Below, piece by piece: positions 1 through 9,816 of a DNA stretch of 64,000 nt. Under the pieces are notes generated by a model, which was not told the origin of the DNA, searched no databases, and saw nothing but the letters and a program-made list of their open reading frames with translations. The DNA is from Cyanophyceae cyanobacterium (GTDB lineage: Bacteria; Cyanobacteriota; Cyanobacteriia; Cyanobacteriales; Laspinemataceae): assembly GCA_038321985.1 (NCBI GenBank), contig JBBQFN010000015.1:32001-96000 (forward strand), given 5' to 3'. Position 1 is the first letter of the stretch. The number at the start of each line of letters is the position of its first letter. The translations under genes and the position numbers were made by a program.

Positions 1-96
1 TTCTGGGGAATCCGGAAGTAAGTCACCCCCAGCTTCGAGGCGTTCGATATATTCAATTAAAGGATGGGTAGAAGTTTTTATTTTTGATAGGGTCAT
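1..96 (-). CDS. cupB: CO2 hydration protein CupB/ChpX, 5' end only (runs off the window)
   Basis: Manual translation from ATG at 96 gives MTLSKIKTSTHPLIEYIERLEAGGDLLPDSPE, a typical CupB N-terminus. AGGAG lies upstream, and the gene follows ndhF4-ndhD4. Not in the ORF track. Confidence 0.85.
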   Translation of the reverse strand, partial: MTLSKIKTSTHPLIEYIERLEAGGDLLPDSPE

Positions 97-261
97 TCTC
101 TTGAATCTCCTGAATAAATAGCCAAGGGAAATTATTTAATAGGGTAAAAATTAAAAGTGGTTACCATCGTTCACCCTCCTCAAACTGAGGTGAAAACGAC
201 GCAAGTCGAGTTCAACCTGAAGGCGGGGTTGGGAATCCCCGCCGGATTGTGGGTTTGAGTT

Positions 262-1800
262 TCAGGGGCTTACTGATAGAGGGCCTGTGACGTCCGATCC
301 ATCATCCCAGGCGATCGCCTTAAAAGCCTCGGCCCTCTCAACTGGCTGCTTGTAACTCAAGGCTGCGGCTTCGTTTTCACTATAAGCAACTAAGCCACTG
401 GGAAGCAAGCCTAAAATCACAATAATCACAGCTAAAACGATCGCCGGAATGCGATCGGACCATTGAACCGGGGGCAAATTCACCACCTGTTCAGATAAGC
501 GACCAAAAAAGGCTTTGTTGATCAACAACAAGAAATAAACAGCGGTTAAACCCGTCCCCAGCATACAGAAGAGGGTTTGTACCGGAAACACGGGTAAACT
601 GCCCCGAAAGATAATAAATTCCGCAATAAACCCAGCCATACCGGGGATACCCGCGCTTGCCATCGCCGCCAGGACCATCAACGACCCAATCATCGGCAAC
701 CCGCGTTCTGGATTCAACAACCCGTGCAACACTCGCAAGTCCCGGGTCCCAGCTTTCTTATAAACCACCCCCACCAACAGAAAAAGTAAAGCCGAAATCA
801 ATCCGTGACTGACCATTTGGAACACCGCGCCGATATTGCTCACCGGGGTATTGGCCGCACAGGCGAGGAGAATGTATCCCATGTGGGCCACGGAACTAAA
901 GGCCACCATTTTTTTCATGTCGGTTTGGGAAATGGCGCTAAACGCTCCATATAGAACGCTTACCGCTGCCACTGTGGCTAACCACGGTGCCCAATAGGCC
1001 CAAGCATCGGGAAATAAACCGACTCCAAATCTCAATAACCCGTAAGTTCCTAATTTCAACAATACCCCGGCCAACATCACGGAAATCGGGGTAGATGCTT
1101 CGACGTGAGCATCAGGTAACCAGGTGTGGAAGGGGACGATCGGAGTTTTGATAGCAAATCCGATTAACAAAGGAGCCAAAAGAAGCAGTTGGGATTTTAA
1201 CGGAAGTGATGCACCGGCAAAGGCTTGATAGGCAAAACTATCCGCATGGGTCAGCCAAACTAAGCCTAAAAATGAGGCGAGAATTAAGATACCCGAAATA
1301 GCGGTATAGAGTAAAAACTTGGTTGCTGCATACCCGCGCCTTGCTCCACCCCAAATCGCAATTAATAGGTATAGGGGGATGAGTTCGACTTCATAAAAGA
1401 GGAAAAACAGCAGTAAGTCTTGGGCAAGAAATGCACCGGCAACCCCACCATTCAGCAACAAGATTAAAGGATAGTAAAATCGCGGACGGGCGATCGCCTC
1501 ATTGGTACTGTAAAGGGCGATCACGGTTAGCAATCCATTCAGGACTACTAAAGGTAAGGACAACCCGTCTAGTCCTAAGCGGTAACTTAACCCGAGATAT
1601 TCTAGCCAAGGAAGATTTTCCTCAAACTGTAAACCGAGAACAGCCGGATCGAATTGACTCACGAGAATCAGAGACCAGATGAATCCGGCAATGGCGATCG
1701 CCAAGGCAATCTGACGCGATCGCTTCCCATTCATCTGGTTGGGGAAAAATCCAATGAAAGCGGCACCGATCGTCGGCACCCAGATTAAAGCACTCAGCAT
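262..1800 (-). CDS. ndhD4: NDH-1 subunit D4 (NuoM-like, constitutive CO2 uptake)
   Basis: Hydrophobic 512 aa with FHTWLPDAHVEA and LLNPERGLP motifs; lies between ndhF4 and cupB. Confidence 0.92.
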   Translation of the reverse strand: MLSALIWVPTIGAAFIGFFPNQMNGKRSRQIALAIAIAGFIWSLILVSQFDPAVLGLQFEENLPWLEYLGLSYRLGLDGLSLPLVVLNGLLTVIALYSTNEAIARPRFYYPLILLLNGGVAGAFLAQDLLLFFLFYEVELIPLYLLIAIWGGARRGYAATKFLLYTAISGILILASFLGLVWLTHADSFAYQAFAGASLPLKSQLLLLAPLLIGFAIKTPIVPFHTWLPDAHVEASTPISVMLAGVLLKLGTYGLLRFGVGLFPDAWAYWAPWLATVAAVSVLYGAFSAISQTDMKKMVAFSSVAHMGYILLACAANTPVSNIGAVFQMVSHGLISALLFLLVGVVYKKAGTRDLRVLHGLLNPERGLPMIGSLMVLAAMASAGIPGMAGFIAEFIIFRGSLPVFPVQTLFCMLGTGLTAVYFLLLINKAFFGRLSEQVVNLPPVQWSDRIPAIVLAVIIVILGLLPSGLVAYSENEAAALSYKQPVERAEAFKAIAWDDGSDVTGPLSVSP

Positions 1801-1941
1801 CGCTAACTTCTATTGGTCTCCTGAACTGCAATCAATCGCGGAAAAGGTAAGGAAGTTTTGAGGGATTGATAACTCAAAACTCTACTTTGAAAGCGGAACA
1901 CGGAATGTCGAAAACTCCCGAATTTCCTCACCCCTTCCTAT

Positions 1942-3798
1942 CTACAATAATGAAGTCATCAACAGACCCAAAATCGCAACGCCAATGAGAATGGTCAAAA
2001 CGTAGAGTTGAGACCCCCCAGGAACGGTATATTTTAAACTTTGTCCACTGAACACCGTGGCTAAACCCACTAAATTCACCAGTCCATCCACAAAGTAGCG
2101 GTCTATCCAAGCGGTGAATCGGGAGAACTGTTCTACGGCTAAAACCACGGTGACTCGATACAATTTATCGATATAAAAGTCATAGGCAAATAGGTCTTGT
2201 ACCCACTTCCAGGGGAGTTGCACGGGTTCGGTGCGGTTGGGGTTGAGATAAATCACTCCCCCTACAATACAGCCGACAATGCCCGAGAGCACCACCAAGG
2301 GCAAATCGAAGACTGCCGGATCCGGCCCGTTTCTGGCCCAAGGCCCTGCCCAACTCAGCAAGAGTTGCCAATGTTGGAGCATCAGGGGGATAAGCAGGGT
2401 AACAATGGTTAAGCTAACCATGGGCACCGCCATCGGCCAGGGAACTTCCGGTGCACGGCGAGTTTTGGGTTGCGGTTGACCGAGGAAGACCAGGCAGAAG
2501 ACTCGGGTTAAATTGAGGGCAGTTAAGCCGTTAAATACGATCAGGAGTATCAACAGCCACCAGGGGACGCTCCAAAATCCATTGACCCAGCGTTCCATTG
2601 CCCAAAAGTTCCCCAAGGGGATGAGAGCGATCGTTCCGGCACTGCCGACGACAAAGGCGATGGTGGTGGCGGGCATTTTTGACCACAATCCGCCCATTTC
2701 CGTGATGTTTTGGTTGTTAGTGGTCAGGATGACGGAACCAATGCTGATAAAGAGCAGGGCTTTGGCGATCGCATGAGTGAGTAGCAATAACAGCGCTACA
2801 TCAACGTGCTGCATCCCCACGGCGATAAAGACCAGCCCTAGAACGGCGCTGGTAGAGTGGGAGAGGGTTCGTTTAATATCAATTTGGGCGATCGCCACTA
2901 ACGAAGCCCCGATCGCTGTCACCGTCCCCACCACGATTAAAGCGGTTGTCGCAAGGGGGGAGAGGGACACCACCGGGGAAAGTTTAATCAGCACATAAGC
3001 GCCGCAACTCACCACCAGAGAATTTCGCAATAACGAGGCCGGATTAGGACCTTCCATCGCCTCATCTAACCACAGATGCAAGGGGAATTGAGCACATTTC
3101 CCAATGGGACCCGCGATTAATGTCAATCCCAGGAAGTTGGCAACCATGGGGGAAAGTTGGGCGGTTTCGGCCCAGATTTCGATATCGGCAAAGTTAAAGC
3201 TACCGGCTAAAGTGCCGACACTCACCACCCCCATCAGCAATAAGATATCTCCCACCCGTTTAGTTAAAAAGGCATCTCGTGCTGCGGTGACGACTAAGGG
3301 TTGGGCGTACCAGAATCCTACAATCAAGTACGTGGAAAGGGTCAGCATTTCCAGTAAGGCGTAACTCAAAAATAAGGAGTTACTAATGGCTAGACCACTC
3401 ATGGCCGCTTCAAAAAATCCCATTAAGCCAAAAAAACGGGCTAAAGACCAGTCTTTTTCCATGTAGCCGAGGGCGTAGATTTGAGAGAGCAGACTCAAGC
3501 CGGTGATGAGCTCCATTGCTCCGGTACTCATTTGGGAGATTTCCAGGACGAAAGAGAGGTCTAAATCCCCGGTACTGAGCCAATTAATCACCATTATTTG
3601 GGGTCCGTGACCCCAAGTGGTTCTGAATAAGAATCCCCCATGAATGAAGGCTACGATGGTTGCTAACAGGTTGATGTAAGCACCGGGTCTCGGTCCCGTG
3701 CGGCGCACGATTGCCGATGACCAGGGTAGAGTGATGATCGCTCCGAGTAAGCTATATAAAGGAACGTACCAACTCGTTTGGACGAGCAACTGATTCAT
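1942..3798 (-). CDS. ndhF4: NDH-1 subunit F4 (NuoL-like)
   Basis: RRTGPRP, GKCAQFPLHLWLDEAMEGPNPAS and KTRRAPEVPWPM motifs; divergent from ccmK. Confidence 0.92.
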   Translation of the reverse strand: MNQLLVQTSWYVPLYSLLGAIITLPWSSAIVRRTGPRPGAYINLLATIVAFIHGGFLFRTTWGHGPQIMVINWLSTGDLDLSFVLEISQMSTGAMELITGLSLLSQIYALGYMEKDWSLARFFGLMGFFEAAMSGLAISNSLFLSYALLEMLTLSTYLIVGFWYAQPLVVTAARDAFLTKRVGDILLLMGVVSVGTLAGSFNFADIEIWAETAQLSPMVANFLGLTLIAGPIGKCAQFPLHLWLDEAMEGPNPASLLRNSLVVSCGAYVLIKLSPVVSLSPLATTALIVVGTVTAIGASLVAIAQIDIKRTLSHSTSAVLGLVFIAVGMQHVDVALLLLLTHAIAKALLFISIGSVILTTNNQNITEMGGLWSKMPATTIAFVVGSAGTIALIPLGNFWAMERWVNGFWSVPWWLLILLIVFNGLTALNLTRVFCLVFLGQPQPKTRRAPEVPWPMAVPMVSLTIVTLLIPLMLQHWQLLLSWAGPWARNGPDPAVFDLPLVVLSGIVGCIVGGVIYLNPNRTEPVQLPWKWVQDLFAYDFYIDKLYRVTVVLAVEQFSRFTAWIDRYFVDGLVNLVGLATVFSGQSLKYTVPGGSQLYVLTILIGVAILGLLMTSLL

Positions 3799-4578
3799 GC
3801 CAATAATCCTTGATATCCAGCGATTAAATTAAACGTGCAACTGTCTTTTTCTAATTATTTTTTATTAGAAAAAGAGGTGGTAAAGGCAGATCTATTAATG
3901 TTTCGATCTGTGAGTTTTTCGAGGGGATTTTACCAGCTAAATGTCGGCCTGAAATAGCAGAACCGATAGAACGATGCGGCTTTTTACAAGCGTAAATTTT
4001 ACCGACTGCTCATTGATCGGTGCGGGTTCAAAGCGCGATCGCGCCCTCTTGTTGCCACGGTTCCCATTGCCAATCCTGGAAGATTTGGGGACAATTCCAG
4101 CCGAATGCTGCACGAACGACTTCGGCCTGGGAAGTCGAGGGTGCGTTTCGTCGATGGAGCAATTTTGGGCTATTTGAGGGCCATGACAAAACCGCTGGGA
4201 TCACCTCTAGGCCATTCTGTTGCTTTCCTCCAGTGCAGGGATCTCCAAGGTCGGTTCGATTCCGACAAGTGGCACTGATCCCCAACGCGATCGCACCCAC
4301 TTGAGCACCTCTGGCCCCGGTCGGTCGAACTCCTTTCCCATTTGAACATTAATTTTATTAATAAAATATTAATTTTCTTTACGGCATTAAATTTTCTAAT
4401 TACTTTTATTTACAAATATGATTATTATTTATATTGTCAAGGGATACAAGATTCACCTATTCTTGATAAAGGAAGAGGATAGCTTTACGATAACTGAAAA
4501 CGGTCGGGAATACCGTAGGCAGAACGATCGCAGCTGAGATTGAATTAAACCGACTCATCCATTCAGGAGACAGAAGAA

Positions 4579-4890
4579 ATGCCTATAGCAGTGGGAATGA
4601 TTGAAACCAGGGGCTTCCCAGCCGTGGTAGAAGCGGCAGACGCGATGGTAAAAGCTGCGCGCGTAACCCTCGTCGGTTACGAAAAAATCGGCAGCGCTCG
4701 CGTGACCGTAATCGTGAGAGGAGATGTGTCGGAAGTGCAAGCCTCCGTCTCGGCTGGGGTAGAATCTGTCAAGCGCGTCAATGGCGGAGAAGTTGTCTCA
4801 ACCCACATCATTGCCCGCCCTCATGAGAACCTAGAATACGTGCTGCCGATCCGGTACACCGAAGCCGTCGAGCAGTTCCGAACGTATTAA
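4579..4890 (+). CDS. ccmK2: Carboxysome shell hexamer CcmK2
   Basis: 103-aa BMC domain [27 protein letters not shown]...EQFRTY with a short C-terminus; CAGGAG RBS. Confidence 0.93.
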   Translation: MPIAVGMIETRGFPAVVEAADAMVKAARVTLVGYEKIGSARVTVIVRGDVSEVQASVSAGVESVKRVNGGEVVSTHIIARPHENLEYVLPIRYTEAVEQFRTY

Positions 4891-4982
4891 CACAAGATTG
4901 GACAAGCGTTCGGACTTGTGCCAAGAAAAAGCGTCATTGACGCCCCAAGCAAATATCAACATTAACGTTGGCAGTAAAATTC

Positions 4983-5294
4983 ATGTCAATTGCAGTTGGA
5001 ATGGTAGAAACCCTAGGGTTTCCCGCAGTCGTAGAAGCAGCAGACGCAATGGTGAAAGCGGCCCGCGTAACCCTTGTGGGATATGAAAAAATCGGCAGCG
5101 GTCGCGTCACCGTAATTGTGCGTGGAGACGTAGCCGAAGTGCAAGCCTCCGTCTCGGCTGGGGTAGAATCGGTCAAGCGGGTCAATGGCGGAGAAGTTAT
5201 CTCCACCCACATTATTGCCCGTCCCCATGAGAACCTAGAATACGTGCTGCCGATCCGGTACACCGAAGCCGTCGAGCAGTTCCGAGGGTATTAA
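4983..5294 (+). CDS. ccmK: Extra carboxysome shell hexamer CcmK (K1-like N-half, K2-like C-half)
   Basis: 103-aa BMC domain from ATG 4983; see finding on chimerism. Confidence 0.93.
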   Translation: MSIAVGMVETLGFPAVVEAADAMVKAARVTLVGYEKIGSGRVTVIVRGDVAEVQASVSAGVESVKRVNGGEVISTHIIARPHENLEYVLPIRYTEAVEQFRGY

Positions 5295-5387
5295 CAAAAT
5301 TCAGGACCCCGGTTCTGAGTTAGACCCAGAAAAAGCGTCATTGACGCATCAAAGCAAACATAAACATAAACGTTGGGAGTCAAATTC

Positions 5388-5723
5388 ATGTCAATTGCAG
5401 TTGGAATGGTAGAAACGCTAGGTTTTCCCGCAGTCGTAGAAGCGGCAGACGCAATGGTAAAAGCAGCCCGCGTCACCTTAGTGGGATATGAAAAAATCGG
5501 CAGCGGTCGCGTCACCGTCATCGTGCGTGGAGACGTATCCGAAGTGCAAGCCTCCGTCGGTGCAGCCGTGGAAAATGTCAGACGAGTGAATGGCGGACAG
5601 GTCTTGTCTACCCACATCATTGCTCGTCCCCATGAGAACCTGGAGTATGTCCTCCCGATTCGCTACACCGAAGCGGTGGAGCAATTCCGGGAAAGCACCA
5701 CAGGGATTCGTTTAAGCCGATAA
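5388..5723 (+). CDS. ccmK1: Carboxysome shell hexamer CcmK1
   Basis: 111-aa BMC domain with C-terminal extension [10 protein letters not shown], immediately before ccmL. Confidence 0.92.
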   Translation: MSIAVGMVETLGFPAVVEAADAMVKAARVTLVGYEKIGSGRVTVIVRGDVSEVQASVGAAVENVRRVNGGQVLSTHIIARPHENLEYVLPIRYTEAVEQFRESTTGIRLSR

Positions 5724-5737
5724 ATTGAGTGTAAATC

Positions 5738-6046
5738 ATGCAACTTGCCCAAGTTCGCGGTACCGTCGTCAGTACGCAAAAGGATCCAAATCTGCAAGGA
5801 GTTAAATTACTCCTGTTGCAAATGCTAGATGAGGACGGACAACTCCTAGCCAAATACCAAGTCGCTGCCGATAGTGTAGGGGCCGGTATAGGGGAATGGG
5901 TTCTAGTCACCCTCGGCAGTGCAGCACGTCAGGTTATCCGTAGTGACGAGCGTCCCGTGGACGCAGCAGTCATTGCGATCGTAGACACGGTAAGTGTTGA
6001 AAATCGTATTCTTTACAGCAAGAAAGAAACCGATCGCTTTCGTTAG
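5738..6046 (+). CDS. ccmL: Carboxysome vertex pentamer CcmL
   Basis: MQLAQVRGTVVSTQKDP...VAADSVGAGIGEWVLV; EutN/CcmL family. Confidence 0.95.
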   Translation: MQLAQVRGTVVSTQKDPNLQGVKLLLLQMLDEDGQLLAKYQVAADSVGAGIGEWVLVTLGSAARQVIRSDERPVDAAVIAIVDTVSVENRILYSKKETDRFR

Positions 6047-6253
6047 TCAGTACAGACAAAACAGATAGACGAAAGCGATCGCATTCGGTGTGGAGTCAGG
6101 CGTCAGGAGTCAGAATTTAGGGGCGATTCGCTGTTCTGGTGCGATCAACGGTACAGAGGGAACATTAAGCACTTGTACCCGACGTCAAAACAATTCTGAA
6201 TTCTGAAGTCTGACGCCGATTCTAATCGCATTCTTCGAAGGAGAAATTCAGTT

Positions 6254-7921
6254 ATGGTAGTCCGCAGCAAGGCGGCTCCGCCAACGCCTTGGTCACAAAA
6301 CATGGCCGAGCCTCAGATCCACAAAACCGCTTACGTTCATTCCTTTTCTAATATTATTGGGGATGTGCGAATTGGTGCTCACGTCCTGGTTGCACCGGGA
6401 ACGTCAATCCGCGCCGATGAAGGCACCCCTTTTGCGATCGGGGAGAGTTGCAACATCCAAGATGGCGTCGTCATTCACGGACTCGATGAAGGGCGAGTGG
6501 TCGGGGATGACAATAATTCCTATTCCGTGTGGGTGGGCAAAAATTGTTCGATCGCCCACATGGCCTTAATTCACGGTCCCGCCTACGTCGGAGATAGCTG
6601 TTTTATCGGCTTTCGCTCCACGGTTTTTAATGCCAGAGTGGGCAACGGCTGCATCGTGATGATGCACGCCCTGATTCAAGATGTAGAAATTCCCCCGGGT
6701 AAATATGTTCCGTCTGGAGCGATCATTACCAACCAGCAACAGGCCGATCGCTTGCCGAATGTGACAGAGACGGATACCAAATTCGCTACCCATGTCCTCG
6801 GTATCAACGAAGCCTTACGCAGCGGGTATCACTGTGTGGCAGACAGCGCCTGTGTTCTCCAGATCCGCAATGAAACCCCAGGTTCTTCTGTAAGTTCTAA
6901 TGGCAACACTACTAAACAAGAGACTATGACAATAACTCAAGAAGCAATCTCTCAAGTCCGAGATCTCCTAGCTGGTGGGCATCGGATCGGTACTGAGCAC
7001 GTCGATGAGCGGCGCTTCCGCACCGGTTCCTGGCAGAGTTGCGCTCCGATTGAGAGCAAAAATCTCTCGGAAGTTATCTCCTCCTTAGAACAGTGTTTAG
7101 CCGAACATCGCGGCGAATATGTCCGCTTAATTGGCATCGATGCCAAAGCCAAGCGCCGAATCCTCGAAACCATCGTCCAACGCCCCAACGGTCAGGTCTC
7201 TCCTAGCGGTAACGGTAACAAGGCTTATAGCTCAAACAGCGGTAACCGCACCCCCAGCTACAGTGCTTCTAGTGCTTCTAGTGGTTCCACAGGTAGTAAC
7301 GGTCTCCCCTCTGAAGTGGTGGATCAAGTTCATCACATCCTGACTCAAGGATTGCGCCTGGGCACTGAGCACGTTGATGAGCGACGCTTCCGTACCGGAT
7401 CCTGGCAGAGTTGCGCTCCGATCGAGAGCAAGAATGAGTCCCAGGTGATTGCGGAATTAGCCGCTTGCTTGGCCGAACATTCGGGAGAATATGTGCGCTT
7501 AATCGGGATTGACCCGAAAGCCAAACGCCGGGTCGTCGAAACTATCATCCACCGACCCAACGAACCGATCGCCACGAATGGCAACGGAAAAGCATCCTTC
7601 GCAGGGAACAGCTATAGCAGCCATTCTCATAGCACCCCAGCCAATTATGGTGGCTCTAGCAAGCTGGAGAACGGCATCGCTGAACAAGTCCGTCAAATCC
7701 TCAACCAAGGATTCCGCCTAGGTGCCGAACACGTCAGCAAACGGCGTTTCAGCTCCGGATCTTGGGAAAGCTGCGGCCCGATCGATACCCAAAACCCATC
7801 CCAGGCACTGGGGGCGATCGAAGGGTTTATCCGCCAATATCCCGGGGAATACATCCGGGTGATTGGAATTGACCCCAAAGCCAAGCGGCGTGTGGTAGAA
7901 ACGATCGTGCAACGACCCTAG
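6254..7921 (+). CDS. ccmM: Carboxysome assembly protein CcmM (gamma-CA domain plus three RbcS-like domains)
   Basis: TSIRADEG and [11 protein letters not shown], then three EHV..RRF..GSW.SC...EY.R.IGID.KAKRR repeats. The in-frame ATG at 6926 ([12 protein letters not shown]) is the probable start of the short M35-type isoform. Confidence 0.96.
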   Translation: MVVRSKAAPPTPWSQNMAEPQIHKTAYVHSFSNIIGDVRIGAHVLVAPGTSIRADEGTPFAIGESCNIQDGVVIHGLDEGRVVGDDNNSYSVWVGKNCSIAHMALIHGPAYVGDSCFIGFRSTVFNARVGNGCIVMMHALIQDVEIPPGKYVPSGAIITNQQQADRLPNVTETDTKFATHVLGINEALRSGYHCVADSACVLQIRNETPGSSVSSNGNTTKQETMTITQEAISQVRDLLAGGHRIGTEHVDERRFRTGSWQSCAPIESKNLSEVISSLEQCLAEHRGEYVRLIGIDAKAKRRILETIVQRPNGQVSPSGNGNKAYSSNSGNRTPSYSASSASSGSTGSNGLPSEVVDQVHHILTQGLRLGTEHVDERRFRTGSWQSCAPIESKNESQVIAELAACLAEHSGEYVRLIGIDPKAKRRVVETIIHRPNEPIATNGNGKASFAGNSYSSHSHSTPANYGGSSKLENGIAEQVRQILNQGFRLGAEHVSKRRFSSGSWESCGPIDTQNPSQALGAIEGFIRQYPGEYIRVIGIDPKAKRRVVETIVQRP

Positions 7922-8153
7922 CCTAAAGGTAAGCCACAGGTGGTGGCTGGAAACCCGGGCGAGTTGAATTGAAGCGAAGCAGCCGTTGCTTTACCGGCCA
8001 ATCCACCTTTCTAGTCAGGGAGAGGCGCGCGCGATCGCGTCTCTATTCCCCCTAAAGTTCGGGTGTCCACCTCCCCTGTGCCAAAACTCCCCAAACCGGG
8101 AACGATAGGAGCGCCCAATCGAGATCGTCCGACCCTTAAAGGTTCCATTTCCC

Positions 8154-8798
8154 ATGTATTTGCCGCCACTGCAACCCAACCGGAATCCCAATATTTATAT
8201 AAGTGGCGATGTCACCATTGATGAACAAGCCGCGATCGCCTCGGGAGTTATTCTCCAGGCATCTCCCGGCACTCGCATCGTGATCGCTGCCGGTGTTTGC
8301 ATTGGGATGGGTTCAATTCTCCAAGCCTGTCAAGGTAATCTGATCGTTGAAGAAGGAGCCGCCCTAGGTGCCGGTGTCTTGGCGATCGGAACGGGCAAAA
8401 TCGGTGCGAATTCTTGTATCGGCAGTGCCTCAACTTTACTCAATCCGGCGGTTGCATCCAATGAAGTCATCCCTCCGGGTTCCGTACTCGGAGATGACAG
8501 TCGTCAGTGGATCGATGTTGAGACAACCGCAGTTGATCCCGGTCCCGAATCCCCTTCGGCTTCTATCCCGATTGCCCCGGATCCGCCAAAACCCCCAGAG
8601 CCTGTCGCTGCATATCAGCCGGAATCTCCGACCCCTGAGCCACCGCCACCGATTCCCAGTAATGGGGCTACACCGGCGGCAGAGCCAGCCGTCCCCGCCT
8701 CTCCCGCTTCAGTTTATGGACAAGCGCACCTCAACCAATTGATGCTAACTTTGTTCCCCCATAAACAAACACCCATCCAACCTACCCCAGAGGATTAG
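8154..8798 (+). CDS. ccmN: Carboxysome assembly protein CcmN
   Basis: MYLPPLQP start, hexapeptide repeats, Pro-rich linker and C-terminal encapsulation peptide VYGQAHLNQLMLTLFPH. Confidence 0.95.
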   Translation: MYLPPLQPNRNPNIYISGDVTIDEQAAIASGVILQASPGTRIVIAAGVCIGMGSILQACQGNLIVEEGAALGAGVLAIGTGKIGANSCIGSASTLLNPAVASNEVIPPGSVLGDDSRQWIDVETTAVDPGPESPSASIPIAPDPPKPPEPVAAYQPESPTPEPPPPIPSNGATPAAEPAVPASPASVYGQAHLNQLMLTLFPHKQTPIQPTPED

Positions 8799-8832
8799 AT
8801 TTAGTCTCTATTAAATTTTAACAAAAAGTTCC

Positions 8833-8875
8833 AAAAGAATTCCCCATCCCTCTAAAGGAATGGGGAATTCTTTTT
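8833..8875 (+). terminator. Intrinsic terminator after ccmN
   Basis: AAAAGAATTCCCCAT...ATGGGGAATTCTTTTT inverted repeat with T-tail. Confidence 0.75.
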
Positions 8876-8963
8876 AACCTCTAAATAAAATCAACCCTAG
8901 GGAGTCCACAGCCCAATAAAATCTATGCTAGAATCCTGCTATCCCTAATACAGGAATTCGTGA

Positions 8964-9730
8964 ATGCTAAAAGAAGTCAAGGTAAGATTGTATTCTACCA
9001 ATCAATACAAAGAATCATTAGCTAAGGCTTTTGGCTCGCTGCGTTGGTGGAATAGATTTTTAGCTTTGACAAATGAAACCTCTAAGCAACCCGCTAGAGG
9101 ACTCTCTCCTGATAACTTTCAAAAGCAATTACCTTTTCTCCATAAGGACGATGAGGGGCTAACAGAAACTTACTCACAATGTCTTCCAGTAGTCTGCCTC
9201 ACTCTTAGTGGTTCATTTATCAACTTTTTTAAAAAACGAGCATCTTTTCGTAGTTTCAAGTCTAAACCGGATAAACAGTCCCGGAGTTATCCCCAAACAT
9301 TAAAAATTCCAGGTGATAGGTTAGTCTTTCCTAAATTAGGAGAGATTTATGCAAAGATTCACCGACCCAGGGGAGGAAATATCAAAACTGTAACTCTCTC
9401 TATAAATAAAGTAAAACAGTATTTTGCTGCTATTTTATTTGAGAGATGTCGTGAAGATTTTCACCCTAAGCTATCCCGCCGGATAGTCAATGAGAACCAA
9501 GTTATAATATGTGAAAATATAAATATTCAGGGAATGATAAAAACCCATTGTCTAGCCCCGTCAATAGTAAAAATATTAAGGATGAAGGACTGGGAATATT
9601 GGCTTCAGGAACTGGAGTTACAGCGTCTTGTCCAGACGTAAGACCTAGTAGGGGAGGACCTCAGAAATCCGCTACTAGGCTATCTGTTGGAGATGAAGCC
9701 CCAGTTTCAACGAAGTAAGGGGTAGTTCAC
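8964..9730 (+). mobile_element. tnpB: Decayed IS200/IS605-family element: internally deleted tnpB pseudogene plus right end/omegaRNA region
   Basis: N-terminal HTH (KVRLY...LAKAFG), WED region (FKSK, PKLGEI, IKTVT) and REDFH.KLSRRIVNENQVI..EN are present. The GIDLG RuvC-I segment and the Zn-finger/DRD segment are missing. The C-terminus KNIKDEGLGILASGTG continues in another frame. The element ends GAAGCCCC...GGGGTAGTTCAC at 9730. Confidence 0.85.
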
Positions 9731-9816
9731 GTGTTACTTTTGAGACAGGTCAAGAAATTGAGAACCGACACCCTCAGCTAATGTGGGACCTCGGTTATGT
9801 TTGAGGGAGAGGCAAG

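Noticed and set aside
3974..4304. Three overlapping 67-94 aa ORFs in the ndhF4-ccmK spacer
   Set aside because: No recognisable motifs or RBS, atypical composition and mutual overlap; probably non-coding.
4555..5684. Repeated antisense ORFs over the ccmK genes
   Set aside because: Shadows of the conserved ccmK frames.
8964..9641. tnpB ORF as an active nuclease or a domesticated TldR-type repressor
   Set aside because: Large deletions remove RuvC-I/bridge helix and the Zn finger, the C-terminus is frameshifted and conserved residues are randomly substituted. TldRs keep the fold with point mutations.
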